A DNA stretch of 64,000 nucleotides from Candidatus Latescibacterota bacterium. GTDB lineage: Bacteria; Latescibacterota; UBA2968; GCA-2709665. Each line of letters begins with the position of its first letter. Positions within the stretch are counted from its first letter, which is position 1. The stretch spans positions 704,001-768,000 of the forward strand of contig CAXXXF010000015.1 in NCBI GenBank assembly GCA_963667175.2. The letters run 5' to 3'. The translations under genes and the position numbers were made by a program. This document shows, piece by piece, positions 27,669-38,708 of the stretch. The notes under the pieces were generated by a model. The model was not told the DNA's origin. It worked only from the letters and a program-made list of their open reading frames with translations, and did not search any database.

Positions 27669-27713
27669 TAAGACAGGACCCCGGCGGAATGGCTCCGCCG
27701 GGGTCCTGTCTTA
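27669..27713. repeat. 20-bp perfect hairpin downstream of tRNA
   Basis: TAAGACAGGACCCCGGCGGA-N5-TCCGCCGGGGTCCTGTCTTA; no U-tract on the minus strand. Confidence 0.6.
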
Positions 27714-27747
27714 AACATCAGGCCGTCGCACGAGACGGCCGAAAAAC

Positions 27748-27823
<76 letters not shown>

Positions 27824-27837
27824 ATACACTTGCAGGA

Positions 27838-27860
27838 CGCAAACTGACAGTTTGCGCTAC
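27838..27860 (-). repeat. GTAG-type REP palindrome, second family (copy 2)
   Basis: CGCAAACTGACAGTTTGCGCTAC identical to 20170-20192. Confidence 0.7.
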
Positions 27861-27917
27861 GGTGACGGGTCAACGCAAGCATCGCAACGAAATTCAATAA
27901 CGCTATCAGAATGAGCA

Positions 27918-28388
27918 CTACGTCCGAACGTAATCCCCGCTGCGGCCGCCGGTTTTTCGCAGGAGGCGGACGTTCCGGATCTCCATCTCCCTGTCCACGG
28001 CCTTGCACATATCGTAGACGGTCAGCAACGCCGCGCTGACGGCCGTCAGCGCCTCCATCTCCACGCCGGTCTTGCCCGTCACGCGGACGGTGGCTTCCGC
28101 TTCGATGCGGTCCGGTCCTACCTCGAAACCGACTTCGATGCCCGTGGGATCGACGGGATGGCAAAGCGGGATCAGCTCCCAGGTGCGTTTCGCCGCCATG
28201 ATCCCGGCAATCCGGGCGGTTTCCAGCACGTTTCCCTTGGGCAGCGCGCCTCGGGAAACCAGGTGCGCCGTTTCCGGCGCGATCACGATCTCGCCGCCCG
28301 CCACCGCCACACGCTCGGTCAGATCCTTATCCGTGACGTCCACCATCTTCACGCTGCCATCGTCGGCAATATGGGTCAGATTCGCCAT
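27918..28388 (-). CDS. moaC: Cyclic pyranopterin monophosphate synthase
   Basis: MVDVTDK, LIPLCHP, TGVEMEAL, YDMCKAVD, KTGGRSG. Confidence 0.96.
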   Translation of the reverse strand: MANLTHIADDGSVKMVDVTDKDLTERVAVAGGEIVIAPETAHLVSRGALPKGNVLETARIAGIMAAKRTWELIPLCHPVDPTGIEVGFEVGPDRIEAEATVRVTGKTGVEMEALTAVSAALLTVYDMCKAVDREMEIRNVRLLRKTGGRSGDYVRT

Positions 28389-28461
28389 GTCAAATGCCCG
28401 AAGGATGCCGGGAGTGCGAGTCGTTCAAAACTATTGCGGACGACAAAAAGGCCGTTTCGCG

Positions 28462-29688
28462 CTACCACTCCTCCAGCAACACGATGTCCACCTCCGCGCC
28501 GGCGTCGAGCGTCTCCACCTCGGCCTCGACCACGAACAGGCTGTTCGCCCGCGAAAGGGAGAAGAGGTCCGCCGACCCGTGGTGACCCACCCAGCCGCTC
28601 TCCCAGCAGCCGTTCACTTGTTCGGACCTGGCCGGCACGAACTGCTTGCGCCCCGGAGACTGCCGGAACGCCTGCGCCAGCCTGCCCCGTACTATCGGCC
28701 GGTGACACCCCGACATCCGCTGCATCTTTCGAACGGCCGGCCGGACCAGCAGTTCCAGACCCACCACCGCCGAGACGGGATTTCCCGGCAACCCGAAGAC
28801 GAGTTGGTTTCCCCTCGCGCCGAAGGTGAGGGGTTTGCCCGGCTTCATCCGGATCCGATCGAAGTGGATCTCCACGCCGCAATCCCGCATCGCGCCCTGC
28901 ACGAGGTCGTATATACCCGCCGACACGCCACCGGAAAGCAGGACCACGTCGCATTCGTCCAGGCCGCGGGAGATCACGTTCTTCAGGGCGGATTCGTCGT
29001 CTTCCACAATGCCCAGATACCGCGTCTGTGCGCCGGAGCGCAACGCCTGCGCCATCATGGAATACCCGTTGCTGTTCCGGATCTGCCCGGCCGCCGGGCT
29101 GTTTCCGGGTTCCACGATCTCGCTGCCGGTCGCGACCACACCGACGACCGGGCGGCGGTAGACGGGTACGCCGACCACCCCCACCGCCGCAAGGATCCCG
29201 ATTTCCGGGGGGCGGATCCACGTTCCGGCCTCGAGTACCACCTGATCGCGTCTCACGTCTTCCCCGAGGGGCGCGACGTTGCGCCCCGGCTCCGTGGGCG
29301 CCAGCACCCGCACACCCTCTCCGTCCCGCTCGGAAACCGTGTCTTCCACCATCACAACCGTGTCCGCGCCGTCCGGCATCGGCGCGCCCGTCATGATTCG
29401 CGCCGCGTGACCGGGCGAAACCGTCTCCCGCGGGACGGACCCGGCCGGAATTTCTTCGATTACCTCGAGAATGGCGGGATCTTCCCGGCGCGCGTCCGCG
29501 ACGTCGTTGCCCACCACCGCGTACCCGTCCATGGTGGCTTTGTCGAACGGCGGCATGTCGACGTCCGATCGGACGTCCTGCGCCAGCGTACACCCGAGCG
29601 CGTCCATCAGCCCGACGTTTGCAACGTCGATCGGGGACGTATGCCGCAGAACGATGCGGATCGCCTCGTCCATGCTGATCATATCCAT
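28462..29688 (-). CDS. moeA: Molybdopterin molybdotransferase
   Basis: PPFDKATMDGYA, RIMTGAP, TGSE, SGGVS, MKPGKP, GLPGNPVS. Confidence 0.95.
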   Translation of the reverse strand: MDMISMDEAIRIVLRHTSPIDVANVGLMDALGCTLAQDVRSDVDMPPFDKATMDGYAVVGNDVADARREDPAILEVIEEIPAGSVPRETVSPGHAARIMTGAPMPDGADTVVMVEDTVSERDGEGVRVLAPTEPGRNVAPLGEDVRRDQVVLEAGTWIRPPEIGILAAVGVVGVPVYRRPVVGVVATGSEIVEPGNSPAAGQIRNSNGYSMMAQALRSGAQTRYLGIVEDDESALKNVISRGLDECDVVLLSGGVSAGIYDLVQGAMRDCGVEIHFDRIRMKPGKPLTFGARGNQLVFGLPGNPVSAVVGLELLVRPAVRKMQRMSGCHRPIVRGRLAQAFRQSPGRKQFVPARSEQVNGCWESGWVGHHGSADLFSLSRANSLFVVEAEVETLDAGAEVDIVLLEEW

Positions 29689-29995
29689 CGGTGATCCCTC
29701 CCATTGCGCCTCACGTCAGGTTATGAATATATACAAAGCCGGTTCAAATGTCACTTCCAATTGGAATCCTCCGATTTGCGCAGGACCTGCAGCGAGGCGG
29801 CATCCGGACGCCGCGAACCCAATTCGACGCTAACGTCGTCGTCCGGGGCGCGTGATTTGACATTCCCGGATCGAATGCCTACATTAATTGCGTGCGCAAA
29901 GCGCTGACCGGCGGGACCGTCCTGCGTCTCACCGATTTTGTCCCATTCGTGAATCCGAGTCCCGATCCCATATTCGTCCCGGAGCTCAATATTTC

Positions 29996-30733
29996 ATGAC
30001 AGATACTGACGTCACGACCGCCATCATCACGGGCGCGGGCACCGGCATCGGCCGCGCCATCGCCATCGCTTTTTCCAATGCGGGGATGAATTGCGTCCTG
30101 GCGGGACGCCGCGCCGAAGTCCTCGAAGAAACCGCGGAAGCGGCGCGCAATCCACGGGCGGAGGCGCTTTGCGTTACAGCCGACGTCACGTGCCGGGACT
30201 CGGTAAGCGCCCTCTCCGACCGCACGTTCGAGCGTTTCGGCCGGATCGACGTCCTGGTAAACAACGCCGGCATCAACACGCTGAAGCGCGGTCTGCGAGA
30301 TATATCCGACGAGGACTGGGACCGCGTGGTCGACGTCAATCTCACCGGCGCATTCAACGCGTTCCGGGCCGTGATGCCGCACATGGAGAACCAGGGAGAC
30401 GGTCTGGTTATCAACGTCTCTTCCATGGCCGGGAAACGGTCCGGGATGATCGCGGGTGTCGCGTATTGCGCATCCAAATTCGGCATGGCCGCCCTGAACC
30501 AGTCCATCAACGCCGAGTTCCGAGAGACCGGCATCCGGGCGTGCTGCATCTTTCCCGGAGAGGTCGACACACCCATCCTGGACCTTCGCCCCAACCCCGT
30601 CTCGGACGAGAAACGGGCCGCCGCGCTCCCGCCGGAAGACGTCGCCGCCGCAGCCCTGATGGTCGCCCGACTTCCCGGGCGGGCGATCGTTGAGGAGATC
30701 ACGATCTTCCCGAGACGGGTCGTCGCAAAGTAG
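29996..30733 (+). CDS. SDR family oxidoreductase
   Basis: TGAGTGIG, NNAG, YCASK; TTGACA-17-TACATT at 29858-29886. Confidence 0.9.
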   Translation: MTDTDVTTAIITGAGTGIGRAIAIAFSNAGMNCVLAGRRAEVLEETAEAARNPRAEALCVTADVTCRDSVSALSDRTFERFGRIDVLVNNAGINTLKRGLRDISDEDWDRVVDVNLTGAFNAFRAVMPHMENQGDGLVINVSSMAGKRSGMIAGVAYCASKFGMAALNQSINAEFRETGIRACCIFPGEVDTPILDLRPNPVSDEKRAAALPPEDVAAAALMVARLPGRAIVEEITIFPRRVVAK

Positions 30734-30741
30734 GGCGTTAC

Positions 30742-30901
30742 CAGCCCGTTGAAAAAGCCCATCCGGGCTGCGTCCGGCCCTTGTGGCCGAATGACGGCGT
30801 TGCGCTCCCTCCCCGAATCCAGGGATTCGCGTCGGTTGCGCGCCTTGTCCTCGGCCACAATGACTCGGTCTCGCCTGCAGAGCGACTTTTCCAACGGACT
30901 G
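30742..30901. mobile_element. MITE-like ~160-bp element with terminal inverted repeats
   Basis: CAGCCCGTTGAAAAAG versus CTTTTCCAACGGACTG (14/16 inverted match); inner inverted repeat TTGTGGCCGA/TCGGCCACAA. Confidence 0.55.
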
Positions 30902-31043
30902 TTATGGGCAGATTGGACGCCGCGCCCGGGCACTCCCGCCGCCGCGCCGGGACAATCTCCTTGTCTGCTTCTCGGAATTTTGTTACATTTCTGTAACATA
31001 CAATAATATAAGATGTTTATATCTGAAGAAGGGTAAGGCGCCA

Positions 31044-32585
31044 GTGAAGAGCGAAATTTTCATCAATGTAGGGTCTCACGAGTCTCGAATCGCTGTTCTG
31101 GAAGATGGAAAGCTGGTTGAAATTCTCGTCGAATGCGCCGAAAACGAGCGCATGGTCGGCGACGTCTACAAGGGAACCGTAACATCGGTACTCCCGGGCA
31201 TGCAGGCTGCCTTTGTGGAAATCGGCCTGGAAAAGAGCGCTTTTCTTCACGCCTCCGATATGCCCGGGTCGCCCGGGTCCATGGTGGGGCTGGACGAAGA
31301 AACCCTCGAGGAAATCGACGCGCGGACCAAGGTCAACGGAAAATCGGTCATTCCCATAGAAGGCCTCATCCAGAAGGGGCAGGAGGTTCTGGTTCAGGTC
31401 AAGAAAGAACCCATTGGCACGAAGGGGCCCAGGGTAACCGCGGTGCCCTCCCTGGCCGGGCGGTTCATGGTGCTGGTACCCAACGGGGAGAAGGTGGGTG
31501 TTTCGCGGAAGATCACCAACATGTCGGAAAAACGCAGGCTGAAGGACCTCGGCCGCGACATTCGTCCCGACGGATATGGGATCATTGTGCGGACCGAAGC
31601 CTCCGGCAAGGGCGACCGGGAAATGATGCGTGACCTGAAGCAACTGATGAACGTCTGGTCGCGCATCCAGAAACAGTTCCGAGTCGCCGACCCTGCCAGC
31701 ATTCTGCACAAAGAAATGGGCATGACGTCGAGTCTCATACGCGACCTGTTTACCGACGACGTGGACCGCCTGGTGGTCGACGCAAAACAGGAATACAAGA
31801 AGATCCTGGCCTATCTCAAATTCACTTCGCCCCACCTCCGCGAACGGGTGGAATACCACAGAGACAGCACGCCCGTCTTCGACGCCTTCGGGATCGAACG
31901 CGAAATAGAGAAATGCTCCGAGCGTAAAGTCTGGTTGAAGGGCGGCGGCTACCTGGTTCTGGACCACACCGAGGCCCTGTTCGCCATCGACGTGAACAGC
32001 GGCCGGTTCGTGGGCCGGTCGAACCAGGAAGAAAACGTGCTGAAAATCAACCTGGAGGCCGCCCGGGAGATCGCGCGCCAGCTTCGTCTGCGCGATATTG
32101 GCGGTATCATTGTCATCGACTTCATCGACATGGCCGTCGTCCAGAACCGCAAACGGGTGGAGCAGGAATTCCGGCAGGCCGTCCGGCGGGACCGGTCCAG
32201 GCCCCGTTTATCGGAGATCAGCGAGTTCGGCCTCCTGGAAATGACCCGACAAAGGGTGCGCCCGAGCCTCATGTTCACCTTCAGCGAGTCCTGTCCACAC
32301 TGCCACGGCAGCGGGCGCGTGCCCAGCCGGGAGTCCACGCTGGCACGCATCGAGCGGTGGCTCAAGAGGTCCAGGGCCGCCTCGGTCGAACGCAGGCTGA
32401 CCGTGCACGTCAATCCCACGGTGGGAGATTTCATCCTCGAAAACCGCCGCGAACGCCTGAAGAGGTTGCGACGGTCCACCCGGGTCTGGCTGAACGTGGA
32501 GAATGACCCCGACCTGTCCGTAGACGCGTACCGGATGGTTTCCCGGAAGCGGAACATGGACATTACGGACAAATTTAGAACTTGA
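31044..32585 (+). CDS. Rne/Rng family ribonuclease
   Basis: S1 domain VLPGMQAAFV, KEPIGTKGP, AIDVNSG, LRDIGGIIVIDFIDM, CPHCHG. Confidence 0.95.
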   Translation: MKSEIFINVGSHESRIAVLEDGKLVEILVECAENERMVGDVYKGTVTSVLPGMQAAFVEIGLEKSAFLHASDMPGSPGSMVGLDEETLEEIDARTKVNGKSVIPIEGLIQKGQEVLVQVKKEPIGTKGPRVTAVPSLAGRFMVLVPNGEKVGVSRKITNMSEKRRLKDLGRDIRPDGYGIIVRTEASGKGDREMMRDLKQLMNVWSRIQKQFRVADPASILHKEMGMTSSLIRDLFTDDVDRLVVDAKQEYKKILAYLKFTSPHLRERVEYHRDSTPVFDAFGIEREIEKCSERKVWLKGGGYLVLDHTEALFAIDVNSGRFVGRSNQEENVLKINLEAAREIARQLRLRDIGGIIVIDFIDMAVVQNRKRVEQEFRQAVRRDRSRPRLSEISEFGLLEMTRQRVRPSLMFTFSESCPHCHGSGRVPSRESTLARIERWLKRSRAASVERRLTVHVNPTVGDFILENRRERLKRLRRSTRVWLNVENDPDLSVDAYRMVSRKRNMDITDKFRT

Positions 32586-32673
32586 CAAAACCTCCGGTGT
32601 TTGTTACCGTTTTCGGCCCGTTTCGCGGTTGAAACGGCCGGATGTGCCAAATCGTATTCTGGAGGTTTTTTTT

Positions 32674-32985
32674 ATGTATGCCGTTGTAGAAATCGCCGGC
32701 CAGCAGGTCAAGGTTCAAGAAGGAGACCGCATCCGCGTCTCCCGCCTCAAGGCCGAGGCCGGAGAATCACTCACCCTGGACCGGGTCCTGCTGGTGTCCA
32801 AAGACGGTGAAACCAGCATCGGCCGGCCGCAGGTCGACGGGGCCGCCGTGGAGGCCAGCGTTCTGGGGCACGGCAAGCACGACAAAGTCACGGTCTTCAA
32901 AATGAAACGCAGGAAGGGCTACCGTCGGAAGAACGGACATCGTCAGCCCTATACGGAACTGCAGATCGACGGCATCTCAGCGTAA
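32674..32985 (+). CDS. rplU: 50S ribosomal protein L21
   Basis: [14 protein letters not shown]...[17 protein letters not shown]. Confidence 0.97.
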   Translation: MYAVVEIAGQQVKVQEGDRIRVSRLKAEAGESLTLDRVLLVSKDGETSIGRPQVDGAAVEASVLGHGKHDKVTVFKMKRRKGYRRKNGHRQPYTELQIDGISA

Positions 32986-33043
32986 TCCCGCCCGGTTTCG
33001 GGATCTACCGGATCCGCTGGCGGAAGGGGAGGAGGACAACGGT

Positions 33044-33304
33044 ATGGCCCACAAAAAAGGGGTCGGAAGTTCCAGGAACGGCCGCGACAGCCGTGGGCAG
33101 CGCCTGGGCGTCAAAGTCTTCGGCGGTCAATTTGTCACGGCGGGCAGCATCATCGTCCGGCAGCGCGGCACACGGATCCATCCCGGAAGCATGGTCAGTC
33201 GCGCCAAAGACGACTCGCTTTTTGCGCTGGTCGACGGCATTGTGACCTACCAGAACCTGAACAAGCGCCGCAAGAAGGTCAGCGTTTACCCCAAGGCGGA
33301 GTAG
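33044..33304 (+). CDS. rpmA: 50S ribosomal protein L27
   Basis: [16 protein letters not shown]. Confidence 0.98.
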   Translation: MAHKKGVGSSRNGRDSRGQRLGVKVFGGQFVTAGSIIVRQRGTRIHPGSMVSRAKDDSLFALVDGIVTYQNLNKRRKKVSVYPKAE

Positions 33305-33311
33305 CCCAGCA

Positions 33312-34235
33312 TTGAAGATCGCAGTGGTTGGCGCCGGCAACGTAGGAGCGACCGCCGCTCAGCATATTGCGGAACGGGAACTCGCCCGCGAACTGATCCT
33401 GCTGGACGTCGCCGAGGGCATTCCACAGGGTAAAGCCCTGGATCTGGCTGAGGCGTCGCCGGTTGACCGCTTCGATACCCGGGTTTCGGGTACAGGCGAT
33501 TCCGGCAGCCTGTCCGGATCCGACGTGGTCGTCATTACCGCCGGGCTGGCGCGCAAGCCCGGCATGACCCGGGACGACCTGCTTGCCACAAACGCGGACA
33601 TCGTCGGCTCGGTCTGCGAACGCGTTAAAGAAACAGCGCCCGATGCCATCGTTATCGTGGTGACGAATCCCCTCGACGCAATGGCTTACGTGGCGCTGAA
33701 AGTTACGGAGTTTTCGCCCGCTCGTGTCGTTGGCATGGCGGGCATTCTCGATTCCGCGCGGTTTCGTTATTTCATCGCGGGAGAACTGAACGTTTCCGTG
33801 GAAGACGTGACCGCCTTCGTCCTGGGCGGGCACGGCGATTCCATGGTGCCTCTGCCCCGCTACTCTTCCGTGGCCGGCATTCCGCTGTCTGAACTGCTCG
33901 ACGAAGCCGTCATCGAACGACTGGTCGAACGCACCCGGAACGGCGGCGCCGAGATTGTCGGACACCTCAAAACGGGCAGCGCCTTCTACGCGCCCGCTTC
34001 CGCGATTGCCGAAATGGTGGCGGCCATTGTGCGGGACAAAAAGCGAATCCTTCCATGCGCCGCCTGGCTGACCGGCCAGTACGGCATCCAGGACCTGTAC
34101 ATGGGCGTCCCGGTCAAGCTGGGCGCAGCCGGCGTGGAGGAAATCATCGAAATCGGCCTTACGCCGGACGAACAGCAGGCGTTTCACGCATCCGCCGATG
34201 CCATTCGATCCGGCGTACTGAAACTGGACGTCTGA
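33312..34235 (+). CDS. mdh: Malate dehydrogenase (LDH-like)
   Basis: [33 protein letters not shown]. Confidence 0.95.
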   Translation: MKIAVVGAGNVGATAAQHIAERELARELILLDVAEGIPQGKALDLAEASPVDRFDTRVSGTGDSGSLSGSDVVVITAGLARKPGMTRDDLLATNADIVGSVCERVKETAPDAIVIVVTNPLDAMAYVALKVTEFSPARVVGMAGILDSARFRYFIAGELNVSVEDVTAFVLGGHGDSMVPLPRYSSVAGIPLSELLDEAVIERLVERTRNGGAEIVGHLKTGSAFYAPASAIAEMVAAIVRDKKRILPCAAWLTGQYGIQDLYMGVPVKLGAAGVEEIIEIGLTPDEQQAFHASADAIRSGVLKLDV

Positions 34236-34358
34236 AAACAGCCTCCGCTTCAAACCACGTCCGCAATTTCCGTACGGCCGGGGACCAGATGGACCCGGTT
34301 TCTTTTTTCTGCCGGGACCGGAGCCTGCACTTCCCGATCGCCGGTCCGAGACCGGAGA

Positions 34359-37058
34359 TCAGGACTCCTTCAGGAAGTTCCTGAGAACCGTGTGCAGAAT
34401 GCCACCGTTCCGGTAGTAGTCGATCTCCACGGGCGTATCGATGCGCACCGTTGCGTCAAACGTCGTTGCGGCGCCATCGTCCGCCGTCGCCGTCACCGTA
34501 GCGCCCTGGAGCAGGCGCAGGTCGTCGCCGATTCCCTCGATATCGAACACCTCTCTGCCCGTGAGCCCCAGCGACGCCGCGCTTTCGCCGGGCTTGAACT
34601 GCAGCGGCAGGACGCCCATACCCACCAGATTGCTCCTGTGAATCCGTTCGTAACTCTCCGCGATCACGGCCCGCACCCCCTGCAGCGCCGGCCCTTTGGC
34701 GGCCCAGTCCCGCGACGATCCCGCGCCGTACTCCTTCCCGGCCAGCACGACCAGCGGGGTCTCCTCCCGTGCATAGCGCATCGCCGCATCGTAAATCGCC
34801 ATCTGCTCGCCGCCGGGCAGATGAACGGTGACGCCGCCTTCGGCGCCGGCCGCGAGCAGGTTGCGGATGCGGATATTCGCGAACGTGCCGCGCACCATCA
34901 CTTCGTGATTGCCCCGCCGGGACCCGTACGAGTTGAAGTCCTTCGGCGCCACGCCGCTTTCGATCAGGTACCGGCCCGCCGGGCTGTCCACCGCAATACT
35001 GCCCGCCGGTGAAATGTGGTCCGTGGTCACGGAATCACCCACCATCACAAGCACCCGGGCGCCGTGAATCTCCCGGATGGGCGCCGGTTCCTCCGACAGG
35101 TCCCGGAAAAACGGCGGTTCCTGCACGTACGTGCTGTCCGCGCTCCAGGAATACAGCGCCGTCTCCTGCCCGGAAATGGCGTTCCATGTCTCGTTGCCGT
35201 CGAATACATTGCTGTACTGTGTTTCGAACATCTCGGGCTTCAACGCCTGTGCGATGGTATCGGAGATTTCCTCCTGGGTGGGCCAGACGTCCTTCAGTGT
35301 AACCGGATTTCCGTCGGCATCCTCACCCAGGGGCTCGGTCGCCAGGTCCACGTCAACCCTGCCCGCCAGGGCGTAGGCCACCACCAGGGGCGGAGAGGCG
35401 AGGTAGTTCGCCTTCACGTGCGGGTTCACCCTGCCCTCGAAATTTCGGTTGCCCGACAGGACCGATGCCGCCACCAGGTCGCCCTCGTGGATCGCCGCCA
35501 CCACCGGCTCCGGCAGCGGGCCGCTATTGCCGATGCAGGTGGTGCAACCGTATCCCACCGTATGGAACCCGAGGTCTTCCAGGTAGGGCGTCAACCCCGC
35601 CGCATTGAGATAATCCGTCACCACGCGGGACCCGGGCGCCAGGCTTGTTTTTACGTACGGGGGCACTGTGAGGCCCCGTTCCACGGCCTTTTTCGCCAGA
35701 AGTCCCGCGCCCACCATTACCGAGGGATTGCTCGTATTCGTGCAGCTCGTGATCGCCGCGATCACCACGGCGCCGTGTCCGATCCTGGTCCTGCCGTTGG
35801 CGGCCACGGTCAATTGCTTCGCGCGAACCGCGTCATCCACCCCGAACCCGTTGTGACCGACGGGAGACGTCAACGCCTGCTCGAAGCCCTGCTTCATGGC
35901 GTCCATCGGCACACGGTCCTGCGGCCGTTTCGGCCCGGCCAGACTCGGTTCCACCGCGCCCAGATCCATCTCGAGCGTTTCCGTAAACGCGGGCTCCGGC
36001 GTTTCGTCCGTACGGAACAGACCCTGTGCCCGGGTATACCGCGCCACCAGGTCGACCTCCTCCGCCGACCGGGCGGTGCGCTCCAGGTATCGCAACGTCT
36101 CGTGGTCCACAGGAAAGAAACCCACGGTCGCGCCGTATTCCGGCGCCATATTCGCAATGGTTGCGCGGTCGGCCAGGCTGATGCCGGACAACCCCGTGCC
36201 GTAGAACTCCACGAATTTGCCGACCACCCCTTTTGCGCGCAGCATCTGGGTTACCGTCAGCGCAAGGTCCGTGGCGGTTGCGCCGTCGGGTAGACTGCCG
36301 TACAGCTTGAACCCAACCACCTCGGGCGCGGCCATAAAGATCGGTTGCCCCAGCATAACCGCCTCGGCCTCGATCCCGCCGACCCCCCATCCCAGTACGC
36401 CCAGCCCGTTGATCATTGTGGTATGCGAGTCCGTTCCGACCAGGCTGTCCGGAAATGCCACACCCCGCTGGCGCACAACGCCCTTCGCCAGATATTCCAG
36501 GTTTACCTGATGGACAATTCCCGTGGCCGGCGGCACCACCTGAAACTTCTCAAACGCGTTGGCGCCCCACCTCAGGAACTCATAGCGTTCCCGGTTCCGT
36601 TCGAATTCGATCTCCGCGTTGATACGCAGCGCGTCGTGCCGCGCAAACCGGTCGACCTGGACCGAATGATCGATGACCAGGTCCGCCGGAATCAGCGGCT
36701 CGATCCGCCGCGGGTCCTTTCCCATACGCGCCAGGGCGGAACGCAGCGCGGCCAGGTCGACCAGCGAAGGCACGCCGGTGAAATCCTGCAATACCACGCG
36801 CGCCGGCACAAAGGGGATCTCCGCCCGGGTGGGTGCCGCCGCGTTCCATCCCGCCAGCTCCGCGGCATCGTCTTCGGTTACCAGATATCCATCCATGTTC
36901 CGAAGCGAGGCCTCCAGCAATACCTTTATCGTGAACGGCAATCGCGAAACCGCGCCGACGCCGGCGGATTCCAGCCGGTCCAGCCGATAGATCGTGACCT
37001 CGCCGCCGGCGGTAGACAACCTGTCGCGCAATCCGAAGGGATCCTTGACGTTGCTCAT
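34359..37058 (-). CDS. acnA: Aconitate hydratase A
   Basis: [51 protein letters not shown]. Confidence 0.97.
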   Translation of the reverse strand: MSNVKDPFGLRDRLSTAGGEVTIYRLDRLESAGVGAVSRLPFTIKVLLEASLRNMDGYLVTEDDAAELAGWNAAAPTRAEIPFVPARVVLQDFTGVPSLVDLAALRSALARMGKDPRRIEPLIPADLVIDHSVQVDRFARHDALRINAEIEFERNRERYEFLRWGANAFEKFQVVPPATGIVHQVNLEYLAKGVVRQRGVAFPDSLVGTDSHTTMINGLGVLGWGVGGIEAEAVMLGQPIFMAAPEVVGFKLYGSLPDGATATDLALTVTQMLRAKGVVGKFVEFYGTGLSGISLADRATIANMAPEYGATVGFFPVDHETLRYLERTARSAEEVDLVARYTRAQGLFRTDETPEPAFTETLEMDLGAVEPSLAGPKRPQDRVPMDAMKQGFEQALTSPVGHNGFGVDDAVRAKQLTVAANGRTRIGHGAVVIAAITSCTNTSNPSVMVGAGLLAKKAVERGLTVPPYVKTSLAPGSRVVTDYLNAAGLTPYLEDLGFHTVGYGCTTCIGNSGPLPEPVVAAIHEGDLVAASVLSGNRNFEGRVNPHVKANYLASPPLVVAYALAGRVDVDLATEPLGEDADGNPVTLKDVWPTQEEISDTIAQALKPEMFETQYSNVFDGNETWNAISGQETALYSWSADSTYVQEPPFFRDLSEEPAPIREIHGARVLVMVGDSVTTDHISPAGSIAVDSPAGRYLIESGVAPKDFNSYGSRRGNHEVMVRGTFANIRIRNLLAAGAEGGVTVHLPGGEQMAIYDAAMRYAREETPLVVLAGKEYGAGSSRDWAAKGPALQGVRAVIAESYERIHRSNLVGMGVLPLQFKPGESAASLGLTGREVFDIEGIGDDLRLLQGATVTATADDGAATTFDATVRIDTPVEIDYYRNGGILHTVLRNFLKES

Positions 37059-37141
37059 AACAAACACCCTCAAAAAGCGATCAGCTAAACCGGATAGCGT
37101 TACGGCCTGGCGATGTCAATTGCGGACGTCAACGCCATTTT

Positions 37142-37514
37142 GAGGGCAACCACAAGGGTTGCCCCTACAATACCAGGGACGGCGGAATTCATACCCCGTA
37201 CCGAAAGAAAAGAGACAAGAAGAGAGACGATCCAGATGACCGCGAGGTTGTCACGTCCCATATGCATGACCCGAAGGGACGCTTAAGAAATATATTATAT
37301 AATCTAAAAGTTCGCAAGCAGGAATCGAGCGGATAAATTACGCTTGCAAACGCCCGACACTTCCTCATGCAAATTCTCCCCCGCTGCGGTATGTACGTTC
37401 ACGCGCGTCCATATTGAATTCGTAGGGGCAACCCTTGTGGTTGCCCTCGTAGTGGCGCAGATTTCGATCGCGAATGCACATCGTCTGCAGGGGCGACCGG
37501 CCGGTCGCCCCTAC
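37142..37514. repeat. Three GTAG-type REP palindromes in the acnA-lysR intergenic region
   Basis: 37142-37168 is the exact reverse complement of 37422-37448 (GTAGGGGCAACCCTTGTGGTTGCCCTC); third copy AGGGGCGACCGGCCGGTCGCCCCTAC at 37489-37514. Confidence 0.8.
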
Positions 37515-37762
37515 AAGAATCGGGATATTCACACTTTACATCGCGATTGAATTTATCTAATTTCAATACAATACAAAAGCGAATCGTTGTTATAGATTAT
37601 ATTCCCGATTGGAATAGATTGCAGTCGTCAGGCTGAACGTCCTGCTGGAATGTGCCCCCACCGCCGCCAAAGGCGGCGTCTCCCCCTCAATGGGGGAGTG
37701 ATCGCAAGGATTCGTCGCGCAGGACGGCGTATGAGAATGCCCATATTGGAGGGCGATGCGTT

Positions 37763-38650
37763 ATGATCGAGAACATAGAAACCCTGTCCGCGCTTGCCGA
37801 GGCAGGCACGATGACCAAGGCCGGCACAAGGCTGCGCATCACCCAGTCGGCCGTCAGCAAACGCATAGACGTACTCGAGAACGCATTGGGTCGAAAACTC
37901 GTCGAACCCGTCGGCAGACGAGTCCGACTTACGGCCGCGGGCATCCAGCTGCTCGAGAAGACGGCGCCGTTCATGGCCGCGTTGCGGGAGGCCGTGGCGG
38001 ACGAGTCCCCCGTTCAGGGCAGCCGTCTGGTGATCGGCATCTCAGAATCCATTCTTTCCGCCTGGGGTTCGCGCGTTCTGGCCGGCGTCGTTCAGGCCAT
38101 CCCCCGGCTTGAACTCGTCATCAATGCCCACCGAAGTCCGGTTGCCATTGACAATGTCCGCTCCGGCGAATACATGCTCGCGTTGTGCGCGGACATGGTG
38201 GGATACAGCGCCGACGTGAAGTCGGAGCCTCTTGTGGACGAGCCAATGGTCCTCGTGCCCTCGGGGCTTCAGCCGTTTCAGCTTCGCCGCGATACAACCC
38301 TTCCCGTCATCACCATCGAACCCCATGCAGCGACCTGGCGGCACCTGGAACAGCAGATCAGGGCCCACGCCGGGAACTGGAACATCCGAATCGAAGCCGA
38401 ACAGACCCTGCAATCTTTCGCGGGGATCGCCCAATTGGCCCGGTGCGGATTCGGGCACGGACTCGTGCCGCTGGGCATCGCGAGAGCACTGGGGATTCCG
38501 GACAAGGGTCTCGTTCGATTCCCTGAACCCGGGCTCTACAGGCCGATCGCTCTGATAGGACGCAGCACGACCTTCGCCCGTCCCATCGTCAGGACCTTTC
38601 ACCGTATGCTCATAAAGACCATCCCTTCAACCCTTTCCGAATCAGGCTGA
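37763..38650 (+). CDS. LysR family transcriptional regulator
   Basis: GTMTKAGTRLRITQSAVSKRIDVLE...LTAAG; inverted repeat TATTCC-N5-GGAATA at 37600-37616 upstream. Confidence 0.92.
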   Translation: MIENIETLSALAEAGTMTKAGTRLRITQSAVSKRIDVLENALGRKLVEPVGRRVRLTAAGIQLLEKTAPFMAALREAVADESPVQGSRLVIGISESILSAWGSRVLAGVVQAIPRLELVINAHRSPVAIDNVRSGEYMLALCADMVGYSADVKSEPLVDEPMVLVPSGLQPFQLRRDTTLPVITIEPHAATWRHLEQQIRAHAGNWNIRIEAEQTLQSFAGIAQLARCGFGHGLVPLGIARALGIPDKGLVRFPEPGLYRPIALIGRSTTFARPIVRTFHRMLIKTIPSTLSESG

Positions 38651-38708
38651 CTTCATTCCTGTTTCAGCTTGCCATTCATGCGCCGGGATCGTATTTTCCG
38701 ACTCTCCA

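Larger units (their letters stand above)
1..27747. mobile_element. Defence/TA genomic island downstream of tRNA-Lys (left end outside window; no integrase seen)
   Basis: Continuous run of R-M, Ssp, TA, Fic and intron genes starting at the tRNA 3' end. Much of it looks less GC-rich than the housekeeping region (not computed). Confidence 0.6.

Noticed and set aside
28072-29704. 540-aa and 442-aa alternative ORFs over moaC/moeA
   Set aside because: Arg/Gly/Pro-rich off-frame or antisense shadows of well-supported genes.
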